Shown: piece after piece, positions 47,506 through 57,312 of the stretch | Layout: the number at the start of each line of letters is the position of its first letter | Numbering within the stretch: position 1 is the stretch's first letter | NCBI GenBank assembly: GCA_963705385.1 | Contig: OY970075.1 | Span: forward strand, 381,673-445,672 | Reading direction: 5' to 3' | DNA: 64,000 bases | DNA from: an uncultured Cytophagales bacterium | Lineage (GTDB): Bacteria; Bacteroidota; Bacteroidia; Cytophagales; Amoebophilaceae | Position numbers and translations under genes: made by a program | Notes under the pieces: model-generated | What the model was told of the DNA's origin: nothing | Database searches by the model: none | Seen by the model: only the letters and a program-made list of their open reading frames with translations

Positions 47506-48780
47506 TTACGCAACCTTACTAAATCCTGTATAAGCCTGCAAAGCAGCTGGAATACTAATGCCAGTCGGTGTTTGATTGTTTTCTAGCAACGCAGCCACAA
47601 TCCTAGGAAGGGCAAGAGCGCTCCCATTCAGGGTATGGAGCAATCGTATTTCATTATATGCGTCTCTGTAGCGGAGTTGCATGCGACGCGCCTGATAGGT
47701 CTCAAAATTACTGATAGAACTCACTTCAAGCCAACGTTGCTGTCCAGCAGCCCACACTTCTAGATCATATGTAAATGCAGCAGCAAAGCCTAGATCACCA
47801 CCACAAAGCTTAACCACTCTGTAGGGCAACGCCAATTTTTCGAGCAGCTGCTGTACATAAGCACACATGACTTCAAGCGCTTCATAAGAACTCTCCGGAA
47901 GGCTGACCTGTACGAGTTCGACCTTGTCAAATTGATGTAGCCGATTGAGACCGCGCACATGGCTGCCCCAAGAACCAGCCTCTCGCCTAAAGCAAGGCGT
48001 GTAAGCTACATGCTTGATGGGTAAAACGGCTTTAGACAATAGCTCACCTCGGTATAGATTGGTAAGGGGTATTTCAGCAGTTGGAATCAAATAAAACGGC
48101 GCATCCTTGAGTTGATACATTTGGCCTTCTTTGTCAGGTAACTGCCCTGTACCATAGGCTGATGCTTCGTTGACCACAATAGGGGGTTGGATTTCTTCAT
48201 AGCCTTTTTGAAGGGCTTCATCCAGAAAAAAGTTAATAAGCGCTCTTTGAAGCTTGGCGCCTTTGCCCTTGTATACCGGGAATCCTGCACCTGTAATTTT
48301 GTTTCCTAATTCAAAATCAAGGAGGTTATACCTTTTGACTAGCTCCCAGTGGGGTAACCACCCTTCATCCTTGGCAGGGATTTCTCTGCTCTGGTAGACG
48401 ATCTCGTTGTTTTGTGCATTACTCCCTTCAGGGACTTGAGGGTGTGGCAGGTTCGGCAATTCATACAAAGCGGCTTTTAATGCCTCTTCAAAGACTTGTA
48501 GCTGTTGCGACAAGGCCTTGATAGTTGCTTTTAGCGCTGTAGTTTGTGCCTTTACAGCTGCTACTTCATCTTTTTTGTCCTCCTTCATCAGCTGCCCTAT
48601 ATGCTTGGTAAGCTGGTTAAGGTGAGCAGAAGTACTGTCTAAGGACAATTGGGTACTTCTTCGTTGTTGGTCAATGGCCAGCAGCCTCTCTACCCCTTCA
48701 ACTGCATTTTTGAAGTTCTTTTTTTGCAGTCCCTGGATAACAAGCGCCTTGTTTTCTTGTATGTAGTGGATCTCAAGCAT
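47506..48780 (-). CDS. serS: serine--tRNA ligase
   Basis: N-terminal coiled-coil arm and class II motifs (FRREAGS, GSALALPRIVAALLE). Length is 424 aa. Confidence 0.95.
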   Translation of the reverse strand: MLEIHYIQENKALVIQGLQKKNFKNAVEGVERLLAIDQQRRSTQLSLDSTSAHLNQLTKHIGQLMKEDKKDEVAAVKAQTTALKATIKALSQQLQVFEEALKAALYELPNLPHPQVPEGSNAQNNEIVYQSREIPAKDEGWLPHWELVKRYNLLDFELGNKITGAGFPVYKGKGAKLQRALINFFLDEALQKGYEEIQPPIVVNEASAYGTGQLPDKEGQMYQLKDAPFYLIPTAEIPLTNLYRGELLSKAVLPIKHVAYTPCFRREAGSWGSHVRGLNRLHQFDKVELVQVSLPESSYEALEVMCAYVQQLLEKLALPYRVVKLCGGDLGFAAAFTYDLEVWAAGQQRWLEVSSISNFETYQARRMQLRYRDAYNEIRLLHTLNGSALALPRIVAALLENNQTPTGISIPAALQAYTGFSKVA

Positions 48781-49321
48781 TAAATTTAAGTACCGATAAA
48801 CCTAATTTATGTGCTACAGAAAATAATGTGTTCTGTTCTGTAACTTCCGCAAAGTAAGCTATTTTTATGCAAGTGAATTAAGGAACATAGCAATACAAAT
48901 GCGTTTCAAGTAAAAAAATTTTGTATAAACCTTGACAATCAGGCACCATTGCTCTATCTAGCAAAAAGGTAATGTTTTTACCCTTCTCCACGCGGCGAGA
49001 CTACTTGATGAGGTCGCAGGTTTCTCTCTAAAAAGAGAGGAACTTACAAGCAGGGATCTTGGTCAGCAATTTAGGTTGGCGTCACAGTCTAATAAGCTGC
49101 TTTCGAAGCAATCCCTAAGTGTGCTATAAGACCTAATTTTACAGCTTGTTCACTAAAAAATAACTCGTAACCGATAACTCATAATTTTTTGCGAATTCGG
49201 ACACAAAATCCGAAAGAGACCCATGCTGATAGCGACTCTTCAACCGTTATCTTTGCATGCCTATCTAACCCTTTGGACCACTCATTTTACTATTCCCTTT
49301 ATTTAATCACATAAAAAACTT

Positions 49322-50851
49322 ATGCATAACATTGAAGAACTTAACATGCGGCTTCTTTCTGAATTGAGAGAAATTGCAGAAACCTTAAAAGTAAAAAATA
49401 GCAGTAAGCTCACTAAGCAGGAGCTGATCTACAAAATACTTGACCAACAAGCCGTCACACCCACGCAAGCTGTTACACCTACAAAAGCGGTTACCTCTGC
49501 AACAGAGGTGACTCCCCCCAAAGCAATGCCCTTTAAAGAGGTTGTGCAAAACAACACGACAGTAACTACTGCCTCAACGCCAAGGATAAAAAGAGAGTAC
49601 ACGGCTAAAACCAATGGCTCTAATTCATACCCTACAACAGGTAAGCCTGAAGCAACCAGCAACGGAGGCCAAAAGGAGCAGCGGCCAGAGAATAATAAGG
49701 CTAGGAAGAGTACTGAGCACGACGCAGGTCTGGAAATTATTATCGACAGTGAAGGGGTGCTAGAAACCATGCAGGAGGGTTACGGGTTCTTGCGGTCTGC
49801 TGATTATAACTATCTAGTCAGCCCTGACGACATTTATGTCTCTCCCTCACAGATCAAGTTATTTGGGCTCAAGAGAGGCGACACGGTGAAGGGGCAGGTC
49901 AGGCCGCCCAAAGAAGGGGAAAAATATTTTGCCCTGCTTAAGATAGACTCAGTAAATGGAAGAACTACAGAAGAGATCAGAGATAGAATTTCCTTTGAAC
50001 ATTTGACTCCCATCTTTCCTCAAGAGCGACTCAACCTAGAACTTGCTAATAACCCTATCCAGTATTCCACAAGAATTTTAAATCTTTTTGCACCAATTGG
50101 TAAAGGCCAGAGAGGTATGATTGTAGCCCCCCCCAAGACAGGTAAAACAGTGCTACTGAAAGAAATTGCTAATGCTGTTGCCCAAAACCATCCAGAAGTA
50201 TACATGATTGTTCTGCTCATCGACGAACGCCCTGAGGAGGTAACAGACATGGTGCGCAGTGTAAAAGCTGAAGTGGTAGCTTCTACCTTTGATGAACAAC
50301 CAGAACGCCACATCAAGGTGGCGAGCATGGTCCTAGAAAAGGCCAAGCGCATGGTTGAATGTGGCCACGATGTAATGATTTTTTTGGACTCTTTTACCCG
50401 TTTAGCCCGGGCTTACAACATGGTTATCCCCCATTCAGGAAAAATTTTATCAGGGGGTCTAGATGCCAATGCCCTACATGAGCCCAAAAGGTTCTTTGGG
50501 GCAGCTCGTAAGGTAGAACATGGCGGCTCTTTGACTATCCTGGCTACTGCCCTTATTGAGACAGGATCCAAAATGGACACAGTGATCTTCGAGGAGTCCA
50601 AAGGCACAACCAATTCAGAGGCAGAACTGAAAAGAGCACTGGCTAATAGGCGTATATATCCTGCTCTTGATATCCCTGCTTCTGGGACACGCCGTGAAGA
50701 CCTACTACTTACCAAAGAAGAATTGTCACGTGTATGGATTCTGCGCAAGTTCATGGCAGACATGACTGCACATGAGGCTATGGAATTTATATTATCTAAA
50801 ATGAAAGGTACAAGGAACAATGAAGAGTTCTTGGTTTCTATGAGTGACTAG
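49322..50851 (+). CDS. rho: transcription termination factor Rho with an N-terminal low-complexity insertion
   Basis: Rho_N ([15 protein letters not shown]), the CSD-like domain (GYGFLR) and the ATPase core ([11 protein letters not shown]) are present. About 100 aa of T/P/A/K-rich sequence is inserted between Rho_N and the RNA-binding domain. Confidence 0.95.
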   Translation: MHNIEELNMRLLSELREIAETLKVKNSSKLTKQELIYKILDQQAVTPTQAVTPTKAVTSATEVTPPKAMPFKEVVQNNTTVTTASTPRIKREYTAKTNGSNSYPTTGKPEATSNGGQKEQRPENNKARKSTEHDAGLEIIIDSEGVLETMQEGYGFLRSADYNYLVSPDDIYVSPSQIKLFGLKRGDTVKGQVRPPKEGEKYFALLKIDSVNGRTTEEIRDRISFEHLTPIFPQERLNLELANNPIQYSTRILNLFAPIGKGQRGMIVAPPKTGKTVLLKEIANAVAQNHPEVYMIVLLIDERPEEVTDMVRSVKAEVVASTFDEQPERHIKVASMVLEKAKRMVECGHDVMIFLDSFTRLARAYNMVIPHSGKILSGGLDANALHEPKRFFGAARKVEHGGSLTILATALIETGSKMDTVIFEESKGTTNSEAELKRALANRRIYPALDIPASGTRREDLLLTKEELSRVWILRKFMADMTAHEAMEFILSKMKGTRNNEEFLVSMSD

Positions 50852-50891
50852 GTAACCCTAGCCATAGCATACAAATATTGATAACCTACTT

Positions 50892-50923
50892 AGCACAAGC
50901 GCCTTTTTTCAACGCTATGTGCT
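50892..50923. repeat. palindromic hairpin, family 2, copy C (between rho and the macro-domain pseudogene)
   Basis: AGCACAAGCG-CCTTTTTTCAA-CGCTATGTGCT. It shares the GCACAAG(C/T)G ... C(A/G)CTTGTGC-type arms and the T-rich loop with the copies at 51803 and 51914. Confidence 0.45.
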
Positions 50924-50971
50924 TGTAAAAAAAGAGATCTTGATCATTCTACTAAGCTTTAGAAGCTCCCG

Positions 50972-51683
50972 TTATTTAAGGATAATACTCAACGAGCGTC
51001 CTGCTGGATGATCAGAAAGAAATTTTTGAATACCTTGGTACATACCTTCATGGATAGCAGCAATAAGCGCTTTTTTTGTAAAACCAGTTCCAGTGCTGGT
51101 AAATATGGCTGTAGAAATAGGTGGCAAAACAATACGTTTCATCCCATCTCCGTGGGCCTTAGACAGCATGTTGTAATATAAACCTGACACTTTACCCTAC
51201 GCATCTGTAAGAGAGGTGGTTGTGCTTTTCCTAGGGCCTACTGTATGATAAATTTTACTCAAGCCAACATTGATATAGCATAGCCACCTACTGCCGTAAG
51301 GGAAGTAACCCCCACTACCATCAGGCAAGGCCATGTTTTCCAGGCTGTTTGTGTTTCTTTTATGCTCACATAATCCTTCAATGCCCTATTGAGGCCGCTA
51401 CCCCCAAAACTTACGGTTTCATTATTTGCTTTAACAACCACATTTTTGTCACCTATAAGCCCAAGCTTATTGAACCATGAATCGTCTGTTGTAACCTGTA
51501 CTGCTGCTGTTGAAATTGTACCTGATGCAGGAGTTCTGCCAAGCCCGTCGTGCCATTTTTACATGAGATTTTGACCCCAGGGATATCTACTGTGTCGGGG
51601 GCACCTGCTGTACTGGAGGTTTCTTCCCTGAAGTAGGGTTCCGTTGACCACACGAAAAAATTACTGTTATTATTACTAGACAA
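50972..51683 (-). pseudogene. macro-domain (ADP-ribose binding/hydrolase-like) gene, broken into three frames
   Basis: Three pieces are present. 51259-51441 has VVKANNETVSFGGSGLNRAL, similar to IVNAANxxLxGGGGVDGAI. 50972-51190 has KRIVLPPISTAIFTSTG, similar to SIAFPAISTGIYGYP. A leading piece lies at 51453-51683. They sit in different frames, and the glycine-rich motifs have degenerated. Confidence 0.5.
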
Positions 51684-51802
51684 GATAGCAGCCGTGTATA
51701 GGTCATTTTTGAGAATACTGATCTTTTGCTGATAATCTAAAAAATAGCCTGTAAGGAGCTAAAAGAGAACTATCTCACTTCGCTACAGCCTTATCCCTTA
51801 TC

Positions 51803-51830
51803 GCGCACAAGTGTTTTTCGCTTGTACGGC
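51803..51830. repeat. palindromic hairpin, family 2, copy A
   Basis: GCGCACAAGTG-TTTTT-CGCTTGTACGGC. The stem is ACAAGTG/CGCTTGT with one G-T pair. Confidence 0.5.
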
Positions 51831-51913
51831 ACCAGAATAAGGAATTAAGTAAGCCTGCCAAGAGTCCCATAAAAGAGATATCAATTGATCGTACCGTTCC
51901 TATTTGAGTCCGG

Positions 51914-51939
51914 CGGCACAAGTGTTTTACACTTGCGCC
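51914..51939. repeat. palindromic hairpin, family 2, copy B
   Basis: CGGCACAAGTG-TTTTA-CACTTGCGCC. The core is the same as in copy A. Confidence 0.5.
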
Positions 51940-52052
51940 ATCATAGGGAGCGAACATTTTTTATGAAAACGCTTGCGTAACATGAGTAATGAATATAGGT
52001 AGTGTTCTTTCTTTGCATTTAAATCCACTCAGCAGAAGCTTTCTAACATTAT

Positions 52053-52928
52053 ATGGAATCTGACAATAGGTTGAGATTAACAGGAAAAGCGCTGTACCTA
52101 ACAACATACCAGGATATCTTGCCTACTATTGAAGAGGAGCGAGAGTGCGAGGCTATCACCAAGCACCTCCTTGGCCACTACTGTAACCTGGATACAGTAG
52201 GCATGGTACTGGACGAGGCAATAACGATCTCCCCTCTAAAACATCAGTTGTTAGCAGCAGCCATACAACGCCTCAAAAATCATGAACCAATACAATACAT
52301 TGTAGAAATAGCATATTTCCTGGGTAGAGCATTTCAAGTGAGCCCTGCTGTATTGATCCCTCGCCCTGAAACAGAAGCCTTGGTCCACTACATGATACAA
52401 GAAAACCCATGTGCAGGGTTGCGTGTCCTTGACATTGGTACAGGCAGTGGATGCATTGCTATCTCGTTGCAGCAAGAACTTACGCAGGCTATAGTACATG
52501 CCTTAGAGGTTGACCAAGCTGCCTTGGATATAGCAAAGACCAATGCAAAAAAGCTGGGAGCAACTGTGCAGTTCATACAAGCAGACATCTTACAGGGCTG
52601 GCTCCCTGTCCAATGCTGGGATATCATCGTTAGCAATCCACCTTATGTACGTATAGCTGAGCAAAAACAGATGCAGCGTCGTGTTTTGGAGTATGAACCT
52701 AAAAAAGCCCTTTTTGTACCTGACAAAAGGCCTTTAATTTTTTACGAAAAAATTGTTGCACTAGCGCCTCGGCACCTAGAGCCAGGAGGCAAAATCTACC
52801 TTGAGATCAACGAAGCTTTTGGAAAAGAGGTGGCAAGTTTGCTGGTCAATGCTGGTTTTCAGGAAGTGCGCATTATGCAAGACCTGAACGGCAAAGACAG
52901 ATGGGTAGTAGGAAGGTTTGCCTTATAG
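52053..52928 (+). CDS. prmC: peptide chain release factor N5-glutamine methyltransferase
   Basis: RVLDIGTGSGCIAISL SAM motif and IVSNPPYV catalytic motif. Length is 291 aa. Confidence 0.88.
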   Translation: MESDNRLRLTGKALYLTTYQDILPTIEEERECEAITKHLLGHYCNLDTVGMVLDEAITISPLKHQLLAAAIQRLKNHEPIQYIVEIAYFLGRAFQVSPAVLIPRPETEALVHYMIQENPCAGLRVLDIGTGSGCIAISLQQELTQAIVHALEVDQAALDIAKTNAKKLGATVQFIQADILQGWLPVQCWDIIVSNPPYVRIAEQKQMQRRVLEYEPKKALFVPDKRPLIFYEKIVALAPRHLEPGGKIYLEINEAFGKEVASLLVNAGFQEVRIMQDLNGKDRWVVGRFAL

Positions 52929-52986
52929 GGTGGCGGTTGTGCCGAGCAAAGCTTTTGAGAATGGTATTTCACTTAACTTTGGACTG

Positions 52987-53904
52987 ATGAAACTAAGTTT
53001 AAGACATTTTTTCTACCCCAAAGTAGGAGGGCTCTTGCTAGTAGCGCTACTTGGGTTGCAGCGGGCTGCCTGGTCCATAACTCCTGGGAGCAAACCACCG
53101 GCTAAAACAGCCAAGCTTAGTTCAAAAAAAAGTGCTAACAAGGCAGCAAAAAGCAAACAAATACCTGAAAAGGAGGCAGCAGCTATTGCTGATAGCAAGC
53201 CCCCTCAAGCCTCTCCCATCAAAAAGCCTAAACCGCTTAAGCCAGCTCAAATAACCCAGGATGATCCATTAATACCCTTAGATCAGGTGGTTGTTCAGCA
53301 ACACATTGCCCGTGCTCCTTACGTGCCCTTTGTGCAGACTATAGGAGTGTCTATAGACTATGGTAAACTTGCAATGAATTTATGGACCCCAAAAGAACGT
53401 AGGCATGCAGTAAGTCTGATTACACTCTTTAGAAGCAATATCCAACTGTCAGCTACCTTTGGCTATAACCAACTCACTCCGCAACCTACTGCTGGTAACA
53501 GGAGCAAATACACAGTAAAAGGAAAGTATGGATGCCTGGGGCTAGATCACTTTGCCAAATACGACCCTCACAATAACCTTTACACAGGCTTGCGCTATGG
53601 GAAGAGTTGGTTTACGTGCCACATCCAATCTGATAGCTCTGCTGAAAAGGTAGTGAGCCAAGACTTAACAGCCTTCTGGTGGGAGTTAGTGGTAGGCTCA
53701 GAGCACCAGCTCTTTAAAAATTTTGGCCTTTATGCTGGGCTTACTTTGCGGTTAAAAAGTTTAGGTAATTTTGGCTCATTTGAACCAGCTACTAATTATG
53801 TTGTTCCTGGCTATGGCAGGAGTGTTACAACCCTAGTACCTTCAGCAACTTTGTATGTCAAGTACGAAATATCTTTTTTGAAAAAGCAAATCAGCTTTAA
53901 ATAA
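52987..53904 (+). CDS. hypothetical outer-membrane-type protein (signal peptide, Lys/Pro-rich linker, beta-rich C-terminal domain)
   Basis: The ATG at 52987 gives MKLSLRHFFYPKVGGLLLVALLGLQRAAWS. The C-terminal ~200 aa has alternating hydrophobic and aromatic residues and ends in an aromatic-rich strand. The family is unknown. The track start at 52918 overlaps prmC. Confidence 0.5.
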   Translation: MKLSLRHFFYPKVGGLLLVALLGLQRAAWSITPGSKPPAKTAKLSSKKSANKAAKSKQIPEKEAAAIADSKPPQASPIKKPKPLKPAQITQDDPLIPLDQVVVQQHIARAPYVPFVQTIGVSIDYGKLAMNLWTPKERRHAVSLITLFRSNIQLSATFGYNQLTPQPTAGNRSKYTVKGKYGCLGLDHFAKYDPHNNLYTGLRYGKSWFTCHIQSDSSAEKVVSQDLTAFWWELVVGSEHQLFKNFGLYAGLTLRLKSLGNFGSFEPATNYVVPGYGRSVTTLVPSATLYVKYEISFLKKQISFK

Positions 53905-53937
53905 ACTATTATCAGCCCCAGCTTAGCCAAATACACA

Positions 53938-54840
53938 ATGAAGATTACTATTAGCGATTTAGGGACTAATACATTTTCCTTACTCCTTGGCAAAGCGACG
54001 GAAGAAGGCTATCAATTCCTGTACCAAGAAAGAGCCAATGTTTTACTAGGAGTAGGAAGCTTACAGCAGAGAAGGTAACACCTGCTGCACAAAGAAGAGC
54101 GCTAGTAGCGATGGAAGGCTTCAAAAGAATTATCAATGAATACTGCAGGGCATGTACAAGCAGTAACTACCAGTGCTTTCCGCAACGCAAGCAATGCTGT
54201 GATGTTCATGCAGCAAATCAAAGGCAAGACAGGCATTGAGGTAGAGGTGATCTCAGGCGAGCAAAAAGCATCCCTAATCTATAAAGATGTGAGCACAGCT
54301 GTTAAGGTGGACCAAGGACATGCCCTGATTATGGACATAGACGGCGGCAGCATGGAGTTTATCATTTCTGATGCCCAAAAAGCACAGTGGCAACACAGCT
54401 TTGAAATAGGGGTACAAGGGCTTTCAGGCGCTTTTCATCTGCATGACCCTATCTTACCAGAGGAGTTGCTACACATAGAAGCCTACCTGTAAGCACAGCT
54501 GCAACCACTTTTTAAAGCAACAGATTTATACCTACCTAACACGCTTATAGGCACTTCAGGAACCTTTGAAGCACTGGCAGCAATACCACAAAAAAGAAGT
54601 CCTAACCTTTAATACTGGGGCTACCACACACAATTTTCTTTTAAAGCAATTTTTGAACATATCCGTGAAGAAATGGGCTGTAGGTCACGCGAGGAGCGGC
54701 TGAAATTACCTTGGATGACCTCCATTTCTGTGCTGGTATGATTGTGGTAGCTTGCGCACTGATCCACTTTGTATTAAAAAAAATACACGTTAGTACCCTA
54801 CAATACTCTATTCATTGAGGGAAGGCCTTTTTTGCATACC
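53938..54840 (+). pseudogene. Ppx/GppA-family phosphatase (exopolyphosphatase-like), frameshifted with internal stops
   Basis: MKITISDLGTNTFSLLLG (similar to DLGTNTFxLL) at 53938 ends in a stop. 54136-54492 has TTSAFRNASNAVMF...GIEVEVISGEQKASLIY...IMDIDGGSMEFI, matching the ATSAxRxAxNG / ISGxEEA / DIGGGSxE blocks. Later blocks (LIGTSGTFEALA, REERLKLPWM) are in other frames. Confidence 0.62.
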
Positions 54841-54884
54841 CTATAAAAAGTGTCAAAAGCAAATTAAAAGCCACTGATGATGAA

Positions 54885-55310
54885 TTATGACTTGTTCTGA
54901 TCTACTGCTTCAAACAGTTCGGGAGTATACTTTACCAAAATGTTGTACCACTGGAGTATCTTTCTGAGGTTAAATTCGTGTACCCTGCTAGGGTCATATT
55001 CAGGAGAGATAGATTTCATTAGGGTACGTAGTTTTTCAGGGGTGTCATACAAATTCTCATTTACTAGGGCTGCAAATTCTGCATAAAGCCTCCAAAGGAT
55101 GGTAGATAAGGGTATGGTTCCTTCCTCACCTGTTGTATAAATGCCAATATCTTCTAAGGTAGAAACCTTGCTGCGTTGAACATTTTTAACAGCTTTTGTC
55201 CTTTGTTTATCCAGGCTTTCTACCAAGATGCCATGGGGTGTAAGCTTAACTATTTTAAACAGGCCACCACTACCTGAAATGGTTACAATGTCTTTTAAGT
55301 CAATAGCCAT
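54885..55310 (-). CDS. DUF5606-domain protein (Bacteroidota-conserved hypothetical)
   Basis: MAIDLKDIVTISGSGGLFKIVKLTPHGILVESLD...VSTLEDIGIYT matches my memory of the DUF5606 consensus. Confidence 0.65.
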   Translation of the reverse strand: MAIDLKDIVTISGSGGLFKIVKLTPHGILVESLDKQRTKAVKNVQRSKVSTLEDIGIYTTGEEGTIPLSTILWRLYAEFAALVNENLYDTPEKLRTLMKSISPEYDPSRVHEFNLRKILQWYNILVKYTPELFEAVDQNKS

Positions 55311-55345
55311 AGGTCCAAAATTTGGAGAACAAAAATATAAGGGTT

Positions 55346-55954
55346 TCAGGCACTATTTTTACGGGTGCGGGTGATATTTTGAATGTATTTTAGAAGCGCT
55401 GCTCGCCCTGTTCCATCTTTTGCAGAGGTCACCATGATTAAGGGTAATTCCTCCCAGAACTCCCCCAGTGCATGCTGAAGGGCTGCCAGGTTGCTCTGAA
55501 CCTGATGCTTGGCTTCTTTGTCTGCTTTTGTCAAAAAGATAGAAAAAGGGATTTTTTGCGCTCCAAGCCAGTTGATAAAGGCAAGGTCTAGCTTTTGAGG
55601 TTTGAGCCTTGCATCTACGAGTACGAGCACACAGCTGAGGTGTTCCCTATGCAGTAGGTAATTTCTCACCATCTTTTCCCAATGCTGCTTTTGTAGTTTG
55701 CCTACGCTAGCCCAGCCATACCCAGGTAAATCAACAAGGTGCCAAGTGTCATTGACCAAGAAATGATTGATAAGTCGCGTTTTTCCTGGTGTACTAGATA
55801 CCTTGGCGAGGTGCTTGCACCCCAAGAGCATGTTGATAAGCGAGGACTTACCCACATTGGACCTTCCAATGAGTGCCAGCTCTGGCTTTCCATCTTTTGG
55901 GCATTGCTTGTAGTTGATACTGCTACTTACAAAAACAGATGTTTTGATCTTCAT
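55346..55954 (-). CDS. engB: ribosome biogenesis GTP-binding protein YsxC/EngB
   Basis: GRSNVGKSSLINML G1 motif, DLPGYG G3 motif and TKADK G4 motif. Length is 202 aa. Confidence 0.9.
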   Translation of the reverse strand: MKIKTSVFVSSSINYKQCPKDGKPELALIGRSNVGKSSLINMLLGCKHLAKVSSTPGKTRLINHFLVNDTWHLVDLPGYGWASVGKLQKQHWEKMVRNYLLHREHLSCVLVLVDARLKPQKLDLAFINWLGAQKIPFSIFLTKADKEAKHQVQSNLAALQHALGEFWEELPLIMVTSAKDGTGRAALLKYIQNITRTRKNSA

Positions 55955-56064
55955 TGGGCAAAGAAGTGCATGAGCTGCCTGATCATGTGTATGGTAACAG
56001 TGAAAGCATGAAGCACGTCAGAAGTTTATATAGCTTGTTATTTGTCTTGTATCTATGAGCAGGG

Positions 56065-56994
56065 TTAGAAGCTTGTTAAAGCCTCTCTTTTTCTTATTTT
56101 TCCTGCTGGAAGGCCGAACATCATCTTGAACCTGCGGCAGAAGTAGGCAGTATCTTTAAATCCTATCTCTTTACCTATTTCATGAATAGGCTTTTTGGTC
56201 GTTCTCAGTAGTTTGATCGCATATTCCATGCAGTAGCATTCAATGTAGTCCTGTAGGTTAACCCCTGTAAGCATTTTGAAATACTGCCCTACATACTCTT
56301 CAGAAACATGAGCAATTGTAGCGAGCATTCTATTAGACAAATCTCCTCTTAAATTATCCTTGACGTAGTTAAAAATATCAAGCAGGCGTGGATCTTTAAA
56401 GTAGTTGTTGTTCGTAGCTTGCTTTCCAGCAAACAGATTCTTGGCTAAGATATATCTCACAATTTCTATGACCAGCTGCTCTGTACTAGCCTTGATAATC
56501 CTTTTACTACCTATAGACTTAGCGTTACTTTCTAGGAGGATGTTTTTGAAGATAGCTTTGATCTTATCATGCTCGCTGATCACGAAAGGTGGGGTGTTCA
56601 ACGAACCAAATAGGTTGACCGCGTTAAATACTTTTACATCAAAGGTAATATAACTAAAATTCTCAGAATTCTCCTTAAAGTCTGCTTCTTGTATAACCTT
56701 AAAATACTGCTGTTGATTGTTGGTAAAGATGTCATTTTTTAAGCTCACAGGCTCTTGGCTGCCGTAAGTGATTGTGGTATGTACACCCATAGGGATAAAT
56801 AAAATTTCTCCTGCTCTTACAGCATGCTGTTGTCCTTCTTGGGTGGTGTAGCTGATCTGCCCCTTATTGAGAATTATCAGAATATTCTCAAGGTCATAAA
56901 AGTTTTCTATGGTCAGTGCTTGGAGAATTTCGATGTGTTTTTCCTTGATGAAATTAATGTGCAGCGACTCGATGACCCTGTTGTAATCGCTCAT
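56065..56994 (-). CDS. AraC-family transcriptional regulator
   Basis: Cupin-like N-terminal half and a C-terminal double-HTH typical of AraC (IAHVSEEYVGQYFK...IGKEIGFKDTAYFCRRFK). The start is placed at the ATG at 56992-56994 (MSDYNRV) rather than the track start at 57111. Confidence 0.8.
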   Translation of the reverse strand: MSDYNRVIESLHINFIKEKHIEILQALTIENFYDLENILIILNKGQISYTTQEGQQHAVRAGEILFIPMGVHTTITYGSQEPVSLKNDIFTNNQQQYFKVIQEADFKENSENFSYITFDVKVFNAVNLFGSLNTPPFVISEHDKIKAIFKNILLESNAKSIGSKRIIKASTEQLVIEIVRYILAKNLFAGKQATNNNYFKDPRLLDIFNYVKDNLRGDLSNRMLATIAHVSEEYVGQYFKMLTGVNLQDYIECYCMEYAIKLLRTTKKPIHEIGKEIGFKDTAYFCRRFKMMFGLPAGKIRKREALTSF

Positions 56995-57312
56995 ATTTAT
57001 GGTGTATTGTAACTTTGCAAAGAATGTAAAGCTGTTTGCGAGCTTTATACTTAAGAATACAAGATAAAATTTATGAAAGAAAATTATTTCGTCATCTACA
57101 CAAAAAACCAATAAAATTAAACTCGAGGTTACACATTTAAAGTTGATTCACATAAAAATATTTATGGAATTGTAGACTGAAGTGTAGCTACTACAGTCAT
57201 CAGTATAATAGGCATGTTTAAGGGACATCAGCACTACATTAACAAAGTACTTGATAGCTACGTGTGTCTGACAAGTTACTCCTTCAGCATCAAGGACAAC
57301 CAGTGTGCATCA

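Noticed and set aside
51775-51957. 60-aa minus-strand ORF upstream of prmC
   Set aside because: It translates two copies of the family-2 palindrome (repeated KHLC). It has no other coding signal.
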